Assembly (NCBI GenBank): GCA_002633005.1
Contig: NMRA01000062.1
Span: 335,022 to 399,021, forward strand
Direction: 5' to 3'
Length of the DNA stretch: 64,000 bases
From: Phoronis australis
Taxonomy: Eukaryota; Animalia; Phoronida
Shown: piece by piece, positions 24,501-36,500 of the stretch
Layout: each line of letters begins with the position of its first letter
Position numbering within the stretch: the stretch's first letter is position 1
Made by a program: the position numbers and the translations under genes
The notes under the pieces: generated by a model
What the model was told of the DNA's origin: nothing
Seen by the model: the letters and a program-made list of their open reading frames with translations, nothing else
The model's database searches: none

Positions 24501-27500
24501 GCAAATTCTCACATCTCAAAACATTGAATTCTCACATCTCAAAAGATTGCTGACAGCTGTGGTTTAGAACATGACAAAAATATGATGAAGCAGCCAGTTG
24601 GCAATATTCATTTTTTAGCAAAATAAAGAAAAAGTAAAATTTCAATTGCGCCACACACTGCGCCTGAAATTGGTAAGATGATATAGAATCATCCAATTTG
24701 CATTTCACGCAGTGCTACTCTCAACAATCCATTGTTTTCCTTCAAGTTCAGACTATGCAACATTAGATTTACATTCCAAGACAAAAGATGGCGTCATGTC
24801 TGCTTACCTAATGATTAGAGAGGGTCACTGATATGACCTACAGACACAGATGACTTATCGCTGGACACCAGTGACCAAAAGCCTTTGAAACCATTAAAAG
24901 TTTTCAGTTACTACACTTAAAAATGTCATGCGGCCATTGGAAAACAGAAAGCAAAACAAACATCAAATAAGCGTTCAACTTCCTTCCACATTCACCAGCT
25001 TACAAACACGGCAAAAGCAACGGCAGGCCCACCACACTCCTCTTAGTTCACGCTAAATCCACCAGAGGGCATGCACAACATTTGCCAAACAAAACATGGG
25101 CAATGCAATAACGCTGGTCAACACTGCTGCATGCGCCATGCACGTTACCTTGTCTGGCCGAGACTAGACAATGCAAGAGGTCAGACGATAAACTACATTT
25201 CTACAGGAAACAATACACTGGGGGTGTATGTTACACAGTAGTGGCTAATTACATGGATATGATTACAGTAATTAACTACCTAATTATGAGGCAGCTGGTC
25301 TAGAAATTGTTAAAGTTGTGACGTACAAAAAAACACTCTATGGTGGAAACTGATTTTTAATATCAATTCAAAACAAGAAAAGCTCTGTTACTTAAAAAAG
25401 TAAAATTTTCACCAATTTTGATTGGAGATCATATTCAAAGATTTCACCGTTAGCTTTAAGTAACAATGTTACTAAATATTCAATTTTCTAAATTATGTAC
25501 CTTTACCTATCAGGAAACTATTTTCATTATCAATTGTCCAACTTTTAATTAACTATAAGGAAATGCGACTGTGGTCATTCAACTGCCAACGATCCACCAG
25601 CCAGCCTCCGGAAATTTTCAAACTAATTGAGCAGATGAGAGCAGGTAGCGCAGTATTAGTTGAATGAACGTGCAAAAGTGACTCATTGTTAGTGTTACAA
25701 CAATTCAACAACTTGTCGTCATCATCTGTCGTTAAAAAAATGTCAAATCCTTGGCCACACGCAAATCTTTGTCAAGAATTAATAAAAAAAATATTATTCA
25801 AAGTAAAATGAACAGGGCAAAGTCACCTTGGCCACACACAAACATTCGTTTGGCAGAGGAGGCCAGCACCATCTGTTGTTTGTTAGAGAAACAGAACCTT
25901 GATGTTTTGATCAGGTATCATTCTGGATCATAGCAAACAGCCTTGCCAGTACTGAGTGGCAACATCACTCGCCACCGGTTCAGAATTAAGCCTCGAAATG
26001 AAAAAGGTTCCCGATTACTCGGTTATGAAAACTCTTGGGATTGCCAGCACTACTCACATGTATGTTGTTGATCACAAGCCTCTCCAGTCTGGACAACGGC
26101 AGGTATCGCTCCACGTTGACACTACTGCAATTATGAACACATAGAGCCGACTCACTACTGATACATACGCCATGATGGATGAGTGCGCTAACTGTACACA
26201 TTGGCCATTTTGAAAACAATAAGCACGGAGTGCCGCAGGTGCTGAATTAATTGAAAAACATTACAGTAAGTTGAAGCTTATAAATATCTTAAATTAATGT
26301 AGGACCTCAGAAAATGTTCAATTTTGTCCTACTTTGGAACGTCATATCTCAGATCGCAAATCGGATTCAAGTGAAACTTTCAGTTAGTGTTTCCAAAATT
26401 CTGTCAGGAACTGTTTTTTTGTTTAAAGTGTTCCACATTTGCATGACGGGCTACAAAAAATAGGATTTAAATGATTCAAGTTGCACAGAATGAAAATGAA
26501 ATGATAAATAAATTCAGAAAACAGCAAGAGTGCGATTGAGATTTTATCCAGAACATTTATATCATACAAATTTTGGTTGTGTTATGAATCCTGTTAAGTT
26601 GCGTTGAGTTAGCATTATTTGCCTTACTGAGTTTTGACAGAACAAACTTTGCGTGATGGTTACAATTTGATTTATGAAGTTTTCAGTTAAAATGCAGTGT
26701 CATAAGTATCTTTAATGAACTTGTCAGACTCTGAGTCTTTTACCATCAAGCCTGTTTAAATTTGACGTTTTCACTCATATTGAGAAAGCTCTCAGGATGT
26801 TGCCACAAAGCCAAATAGGATCAGACACAATTGTTAATGTCGATTTAATTCTAAGAGAGTCATGTCACTTATAAAACCTACTTCATGTGTTCTAGACTAA
26901 CAACACAGAGTAAAAAGACAGCAAAAAGTGGCTGCACAAAAGCTACACAGCTGATAATGTCTACACTTGCGTGAGAAATGAAAATCATCATTTGTGTCTA
27001 ACAAGGAAACTGAATCCCAAGACAATCTGAGATATTGATAATTAATGAATTGATACAGACAGACACACTCCTTTCAATAACATTTTTCTGATCACGTCAC
27101 ATTTTGAATCGTGTATCACAAAGACTCAGAAGCCACGTTTTTCAGTTGTTTACATTCTTACGATTTATTTCACCCACAATGCTGTGCACACGTATTCTGT
27201 CAAAATACTAAATTCAGACTAAGGCCATTTTTTACCCAGAACATAAACACAATCCCAGAGATTGAGAATAAATCACAAAATGGGTAGACAGGCTCACCAT
27301 ATTTCTTTTTTGTGTGTGCTGACGGCAACATCGCTGGAAATGGTATGGTTACATGAATATACACAAGATGGCGTTATGAGTACTATCATGATACAGTGAA
27401 GACTTACCAGATTTGTGACAAGTATCCTACCAATATGTCACCCCTCTCGTTGGCAAAGCAGCAACCCTTGACGGGCCCATCAAAGCACATCTCTCGCACC

Positions 27501-30500
27501 AGTTGACCTGATCTGTCCCATATCTGAAGAAGAGACAGTCAACACACATTACACATCCGTAACCAGTACATGCAGCTAACATTCTGGGCTGTGCTACTCA
27601 AAACCAATAGAGGTAATAAAACAAGTATCTTCTCGGCCACGACCATATATCCTTTGTTCAGCTGTTATTTACATGGGCAAACTAGGACAGTTGTATGGTT
27701 AAAAGCAGGGTTCACAAAAAACTACTTTCACCGACCCTGCATGCCAATTTCAAAAGGCCTATTGTGTGCGAATGATGCTCGTGATTTACAACCATCTGCA
27801 AAATGCTAAGTCACTATGCAGATTAGTAACCCTATCCAAGCCCAAAATGATTGTTATACCGTACAATAGACTAGCCGGTAACATCATCAAGTAGTACTGG
27901 ACAAGCTTCTTAAGTAATGAAACAGTATAGCTTTCACTTACAAAATGCAACATGAAATGAGCAAGCTAAAAGACAGTTAATCATTAAGCACTCCTAGAAT
28001 GTTTACTTTTAGTCACAACAATGTGTCGTTCAATATGCCAAGACCTGGTTTAGTAATTATTGAACACCACTGCAGTGTCTCCCCGTGGTTTCAAACGAGA
28101 GTGGGGGGTGAATGGTCCGATGCCGCAAGGAAAAGTAAATGGGTGATCTCAGTGAACGAAGAGTTTTGCATCATTCTAATGTATTTTAATCACCAATTAA
28201 CGTTGCATTAGAAATCTGACACCGCAGAACGGGGCTTCAGACTACTTGTTAAAATTGAATTCTCTGGTTCAAGGTATGTAGTACACAAAATGAAAAAAAA
28301 TATTTTGAACTTGTTTAGACCTTCTTTTAAGCTAACACGTATCATTATGAAATGTGTGTTAATATCGTTTACTAAACATAAATCAGATGTATCGGCGCTA
28401 GCAGACGATGTATTCATCCATTCCAAGCAGATGATTACAGAGATAACTACACTGGTCAATGGCTATTGACTATTTTGTGCAATTGTTGTATGACCTCTTT
28501 TGTAAATGTGAACACAATAAAACAAATTAAATTTACCACTTCTCCGGCCATTTCATTAGTCACTGGCGATTCGCCATTTTAGAAATCTAATGCCAAGGTG
28601 TCTGGTCCCTGACTACATTCCATTGCTGTGCATTGTCGGACAACCAGGCAGTACCAAATGTTGGTCTCAAAGCAAATGTGAGGAAGGGGATAAAATTATT
28701 ATGTCTAACAATACTGTGATTTTTCTATAGCGGTGAAGTTTTCCCATCAGGATTTAAAAGAGTTGCAGTTAATTTGGGCAAGATTAAGAGTGGTGAGGTC
28801 AAAAAGGAGCATGGCGGGCCATTCAGATTTTTACACACAGGGGAAATGCTGTCAGAGATGAAACAAAATACAAATGAATAAATACGTTAATTACAGAGGT
28901 TATAAATGGCACTTTTGTTCAGAATGCTGAACATCTGACGAAACAATTCAGGAAAGGGAAATGATCAACATTACCTTAATAGAAGAGTCTTCAGAAACTG
29001 TGAGAAATATTTGTAAGGTGGCGCTGCAGTCGATGCCAGTGATCTGGAGTTAAATGAGGAATGACATGACTGACTGTGTAACAGCATAATTAGGTAGACT
29101 TGTAATTATATACACGATAGATAACTTTAATGGTAATTCTAACGAGTAGAGTAAACTATTCACATTTAGTAGAAGGCTAGTGTCCTCATAAATTATATGA
29201 GCATGATTCTACAAACAAAGCAGCTTCAATTAGTCTGACACTTTTGTGGTATAATGAAATCACATTTAAGAACAAATCTCCAAAAACAACTGCCAAGACT
29301 TCACACTCAAACTCAGTAACAATATTTCTCACTTTTGTTTTGGAACTGTCAGTGATAGACTCAAACACAGTTTGTAAGCAGACGAGTTTCACGATTGTTT
29401 ATCTTATTCCTTCAAAATTTATCCTTTGACAATACTAGAGACGATATCAGTAAGACAGTGTTTTTTGCGCACAGATGGGAACAACAGATGATCTGTAACA
29501 GCTAGACTAATTGACATTGGAAACATACGGGTCCATCATGCTGATCCTCCGACATGGGGATAGGGTAGAACCCCTCCAAATTGTCTCCCCCTGCAAAACT
29601 AGACTTCTGCTTTTCACTACTGGAGACCCAAAACATCTGCAGTTTACTGAAACAAACAAACAGTGAACACTACATTTAACGATCAGTGAACAGTGGATCT
29701 GGTCAGTGAAAACTACATGTAGTAATCAATGAATAAGACTTAATCTTTGAATTATAATCCCTGTCAAATAAAGTTAACACAACTAAACTGCGACCAGAAA
29801 GTGATCTGGTTTCCGCACTTGAAAGTACATTCTCAAGGTTTTGAAAATAACCACTGAAGTAAAACACTACATGCAGGTAGGCACTTACCCCTGAAGGGGG
29901 TACTTGATCAAATTGAGAAAAGTAAGGGTTGTGTGCTTAATTGAATAGTGCGTGCCTCATCTTAACTTTTGAAAAGTAGGATGTGCACTTAAATACGTGA
30001 TTATAAATGTTATCCTGAATAATTTCAGTACTACTGAAAAATTGAGAAAACACCCGTACTTCAAATTAATTGGATTGTTCCTTTGAACAAAATTTGCTGG
30101 TGATTATGAACATTAACTGGAGTTTGGTGTTCTTAGTTCAAAGGAGAAAGTGAAGTCAGATCAAAAATAGTCAACTTGCCAACGGTTGAGTTATAATAAT
30201 GTTGCAATCTCGATAAATTTTATTTCAAACTTTTCTCCTTACCTTGCAGCACTGTAGGCCAGCGTAGCTCCCAGCATGCAGATATGAATGGGGTGAGAGG
30301 TCAGGGTCACCTACAATAAAGGGATCACCATAGACGAGAGACACCATCAAATTCATTCACATGCAGGGGCTCTCCAACAGGTGGAGCTAACTGCCAACTT
30401 CAATCTGCGATAATATTTTTCCTCACAGCAACAGAATGGGGTGGGTATCTCGCTTGGGCGGGTATCAATGGGTGGATACAGTCTCCGGTGGGTGGTGGTG

Positions 30501-33500
30501 TCAGTAGTAACTTTTGCGGGTGGGTTAACAAAAATTTAGCGACCAGGGGGAAGGTTATATCATTTGTTATATAGTCTCTGTACTCACATTAACACAAACC
30601 CAGATCACTGCATATTTTATAAACGTGTCAGCACACCTATACCTAACAGTATTTATTTATAGTGACATGTCATATTGTTTCTCTTATTGCACCCAAAAAA
30701 AAGACAGACAGTGTCATCAAGATAACAATAACATAAACGAAGTTAAGTCTAAATGAGAGGAAAGATAATATTATTTGTTAAAAAGTTTTTCAATTTGTTT
30801 TTGAAAACATTTTGACACAGCAAAAAGAGCTAAGAAAAACAAACTGGTTCCTTTTTACCCAAAAACACTACTCAAGGAAATAAAACAGTTATATTCACCA
30901 CAAAAAATTTTTCAAGAAACAAACTTTCAACTAAATTTCAACAGAACAGTTTTACACAAACAAATTTTGTCAAAGCAATACTTCTTCTGAAGACAAATAC
31001 AGAGTAAACATTAAGTAATCAGTAATCGAATATCATTATTAATTATTATTAAGTAAAACACTAAAAGATCACCTTTTTCAGTTCTGTCAAAACGATTTCT
31101 GTGGCTATCTCTGGGTGAAGCGTTAGTCCCCATATCTTGAGCGTGTTGAGACTATCACAGGACAGTAGGCGGTCACAGTTGCCCAGACCCTCGTCCACAC
31201 GGCCAATAGATGTGGAAGAGGTGAGATGTACGACATCAGCACCGTGGGCCTGTAGAGGGGCAGCCATGGTGCAGCGCCAGGAGTTGACCAGGACAATCTG
31301 AGGCAGTGAGGAACGAGTTAGGTATAGACTGTAGGGGATGTACAGGGACAGACATGGTGCACTGCCAGGAATTGACCAGGACAATCTATGTCAGCCAGGA
31401 AGAAGTTATGTATACACTGAATAGGACCTAAAGTGGCAGACATGGTGCACTGTCAAGATTTGACCAGGACAACCGTGGCAGTCAGGAACGAGTTATGTAG
31501 GGACAAAGATACTTCTCACAAAATGCAATTTAAAAAAATGAGTTTTTTAGATTGGTGCACACTCCTATTTTGGTTGAAATGATTTCTTTTTAGGCTGAAA
31601 ACAAATCATCATTAATGGAAGAGCTCTCTTGATCATTTATCATTGCAATGATAAGGAATTAATGATAAACCATCATATCTAACATTAATATGAATTATAT
31701 ATCATACCATCCATACAAATTCACAGAAATGGTTCATATGAATCTGTATAAAAATAAATTAAATAAATCAAATAGATTCTGGAATGCCATGCAGTTACCA
31801 ATGGATAAGAATATAAAATAGCAAAACAAGTAAAAATAAAATGAGCGTCGGTACTGAAATATATGTACATTTTAGTACCGACGCTTGTCGTTTTATTTTT
31901 ACTAGTTTTACTATTTTATAATATATATAAATTCTATGAGAAATTATGATCAACCTGTGTAAATCCGTTACCAGCTGCCACCACTGATGGCGGTCCATCC
32001 CTTTACTAACTGCCAAAAGTGACTGGGGTTTCACTCATAACTAACTGCCCCCAGTGAGGGTCCCGCACCTAACTAACTGACTCATTGGCAGCAGTCTCTC
32101 CACTGACATGGGTTGCCTTGGTTACCAATTGTCCCCCCAGTGGGGTCCTTCTGATCAGCCCCCAAGGACCATGTACTTTCCATCCATTGGCATCTGCCCC
32201 AGTGATGGGCCATTCCATTACCAATCCCCCAAGCGACGGGGATCCTTCTGTTGGCAAATGCCCCTGGTGACAGGACCCCTCCACTACTAATTGCTCCCAG
32301 AGAGTCCCACCACCATAATCAACCAGGCCCCAGAGAATAGAGTAACGCATTTCAATTTACCTGTCCACTTTTCGTGCCGGCAAACACCAAGTTTTCACAC
32401 TCCACACTCTCATCGCGACCCAGGGCTCGGTCCTTAAGCGAACAAGACAGACGAGTAAGTTTTTGCTCAATTATAAACAACGTAATCATAAACCACTAAG
32501 GCTTGTATTCTATGATGGCTGTGATAAATGAGTGCATCAGTTACATGGAGCCAAGTGCCAGACCTCAAGTGTTTGCAAGCATACCAGTGAATTTGGAAAC
32601 TGACGATTCCAAAAATTGAACTGCTCTGAAGTGGAAGTCATTGCCAAGTCGGGAATTCGTCCAATGGTTTATGAGGCAACATGCCAGGCATAGTCAACTT
32701 TTCAGACTTGAGTTCATTTCCCTATTTTATCTGAGCCTGTTGTATAGAGAACTCGACCTAATTTCACAATGAAATCTAAACTTCTTGCTCAGAAATTGTA
32801 GTCTTGCAATCACTTAGTAATCTGAACCTGTTGCTCACAACTAGAGCTCATTTCACTATGTAATCTGAACCTATTGCTCAGAACTCAAGCTCATTTCACG
32901 ATGTATCTGAACCTGTTGCTCACAATTAGGGCTCATTTCGCTTTAGTAACCTGAACCTTTTTCTCACAACTCAAACTTATTTCACTGTGTATTTTAACCT
33001 CTAGCTCATAACTTGAGCTCATTTCACTATTATTTAGTAATCTAAATCTGTTTCTCAGATCACAAGCTTATTTCATAATGTATTTGAACCTGTTGCTCAC
33101 AACTAGAGCTCATTTCACTTATATCTGAACCTGTTGCTCAGAATTCGAGCTTATTTCACCACTTACCCTCTTCAACAGCGCAAGGCACTTGATTTCCTCA
33201 TCTCTACTAGGCACAACCAGGGTATGTAAGGCCACACACGGGTTGGTGGAACAGCCAAATACAACAACTGGAAATGGGGTGACATGCTGTTGTATTCACG
33301 GGTTGACAAAGGAAAGTGGAACAGTCAAATACAACAATAAGAAATAGAGCAACAAGATGTTTTATGTAACTATGTTTTATGTATCATTTAGTTTAAATTT
33401 GTTTTCACCTGAGACTGTTTAACATAAAAACGAGTATCATCAACTGAAAGATCGCATGCAATTAATTTCAACGTTTATCTCGGAAAGGAAGCTATGTTGA

Positions 33501-36500
33501 AAGAACATGATGCGGAATAAGTTTTGACTAATAAATTTTGACTAAACTGAATTGCGTTAAAATCGGTTTCACAAAATTCATACTGACAACAAAACAGAAG
33601 AATTATTTACAAAGGAGCAGACTAACCAAGTATTAGAGTAGAGAGAGACTTACTGTCACCGCAGTTCATTAAAGCATACACTCTGTTGTCCTTGCGATCG
33701 TAAGTAATTTGTTGAAGTACCTGTGGTGAAAAACACGACATGGAGCTGATTACATAGACACGGAAACTAGACACAAAGGCTCAACATAGGGGTGGTTCGA
33801 TACACATCTTTAGGAATGCGATTCGATACAATTCTTTTTTGAAGGAATTCCATTATTTTTTAATCAAATCTTGTTTGTCAAATTAATTCTCGGTTTTCTC
33901 AATTTTACAACTCATACCAACTTTAATTAGCAACTTCGACTGTTAAAGTACATAGTTTTGACAGCAAAAGGCCTGTAGAGTTTGATTTTTGACTTTTTAC
34001 TAATCCGCATTCAATCGGGTCTTTTGCACAAAGCAAAACAACTGTATAATATCATGATCGAATTTTATTTCATATTTATCTTCAAGATGAGATCTCAAAA
34101 ACGCTGTTAGTTTTCCAAAATATCTTGTATTCCTTTTGTGCAACTTCAGATTTTTAGCATGAAAATCACAAAGAGATCCTGTCGGGCAAAAACGAAACAT
34201 TCTAAGGACAACTCCTAACAGCGTTTTGAGGAACAATGCATAAAAAATAGTGTCTGAAATTTTAATCTGTATCCAGCAATCTGCCACTTCTGAGATGTGA
34301 TGTTCTGAAGTAGGCCAACTTTGCACATTCTTCCAAGGCTAAATCCACCACAAAAAGGAATTAAAGCTGAATAGTTCCAAAAATAGCAACTGCACCCGAG
34401 CTAGAAAAACACATCAAAGTAGAAGATATGTCGCAAGAATACACCAAAAAATACAGCCAAACAGACAAAGTGCTTCACAAATATAAAATATGGCTTGAAA
34501 AAGGTGAGAGAGTAATCCACGACAAAAAACAAACAAAATGAAAGTTGTAATAAAGAAAATCCGAGTTCAGCTGAAACAGATAGAATCCACACAAAACTCA
34601 CAATGCGTTTCCCGAAAGGTAAAGCTTTTGCACGCTATGTTGAATAAAACAACCATTAACAATACTAGGTAAAGACGTAAGCTATTGTCAGTAAGGGTAT
34701 GTGTCCCTTTATTACAGCGTCCACTGAAGTATAAGCTCAAAGATTCATAATTGGAGAGCAAAACAAAAATTTAATGCAAGTGAGCTGACATCAGATATTC
34801 TGGGCTTGTACTGCACAGTCACTTAAGTACATGCCCATGACTTCTCTATTTAACTTTACACGCTTAGCTCCATCTAGTGGCAGGCGGTAGTGAGAGGTGG
34901 ATTTGACATGGACTGAGAGGTAAACTGGGGGTGCGCTTACACTGAGAGGTAGGTTGTAGTGGGCTTATACCACAGAGTGCACTTATTTATACCGAGAGGT
35001 AAGTTGAACATGGGCTCATACCACAGGGTGTGCTTATTTATACCGAGAGGAAAGTTGGAGGTGGGCTTATACAAGATGTGCTTATATATACTGAAAGATA
35101 AGTTGAAGGTGGGCTCATACCACAGGGCGTGCTTATTTATGCTGAGAGGTAAGATGGAGGTGGGCTCATACCATAGGAGAGCTTATTTATACTGACGGGT
35201 AAGTTGGGGGTAGGCTTATACCAAAACGGATATGGTATTGTTTTTGGGGCAGTGTACTAAGTAACTAAGATTATAATGATGCTAAATGCCATGAAAATCA
35301 ATCACATTTTAAAATCAGGGCTTGGAATAACCAATGACAAAAAACGTGGAAACTTTTACGGCCCAAATCATGCCCGATAACCAGCCTTTGAAATGGTCAA
35401 TGTGAACCTTTCCGCGACAAAAATGGGGAGGAATAAAAAAAAACCAAAAAAAAAAACCAAAAACATTACCACCATCAGTAGCATGCGCCTGCGTCCTTTT
35501 CGCTCGCCCGTCCACTCCCAACCTACACAATTTTGGCTGCAGAGCGGTAGTATTTATCGCCGCGCTTAACAATAACACGAGCCGCCATTGAAAATGACAC
35601 CACGCTTTACCCAGATGCCCCGGCAATGTTGACAATTTACGTTCCTCCGAAACATAAAGAGCAACTTCCGCTTTCCGAGGTGAACGTCGTCTGCAACGCC
35701 GCGGTAAGAAAGGAATTTACCGCGGGAATTTCATATCAAATCCGATTTTTTTACGCAGAAATATTATAAAAAAAGCGGAAAGTACATTTCAAAAAAGCGG
35801 AAATCCGCGTTTCCGCGGAAAATTCCAAGCCCTGTAAAATGTATTTAGAAAACAGTCAAGGTCTCCACCAATCACATTACAAGAGTCACCGTCACACCTA
35901 CCTCTATGGAGGTCATGGGGTAGATTATAGTGATAATGTCGCCTGTCAGAGGAGACATCAGACGTACGCCACCATCCTACAGAAATAAAACACAGTCAGT
36001 GTTGTCGGGTATTGAAGAACAGAACACTTTTTGACACACTCTTCCACTCGTCGATACCCAGAATTGTCCACTTAGGAAAAGAACTATATGCTCTATCACT
36101 GTACTGTTATGTTCAAGACATATAATGTGTGGTCTAGGAACCTGGTCAAGTTTTACAGAGTGGGCAAGGACAAATTGTTTCTTGGACAGTATTAACATCT
36201 TCAACAACAGGAATTGATCTAAAATAAAACCTATAACCTCGTGCAGATTATTAAACAACAACACAATCTGAACACTTCTCTTATTGATTAATACGTTTTG
36301 TTCAAAACGACATTCCATTTGCACTTAACAGCCTTGACTGGCAGTGTCTTCAACATGTCTTGAAGAGAACTTCCTGCCTAAATTGTCCAATTGCAAGCTA
36401 TTTTCATGATATACAATAGGGCTGTCCCGTATTACACAGCGAAACTCGAATCTCACCGACTGTATTTACCCACAATGCCGTAAACATCTGTCGGGCACAT

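Noticed and set aside
35977-36324. 115-aa minus-strand ORF as a WD40 exon
   Set aside because: No phase-compatible splice sites; exon 36890-36985 already supplies the segment
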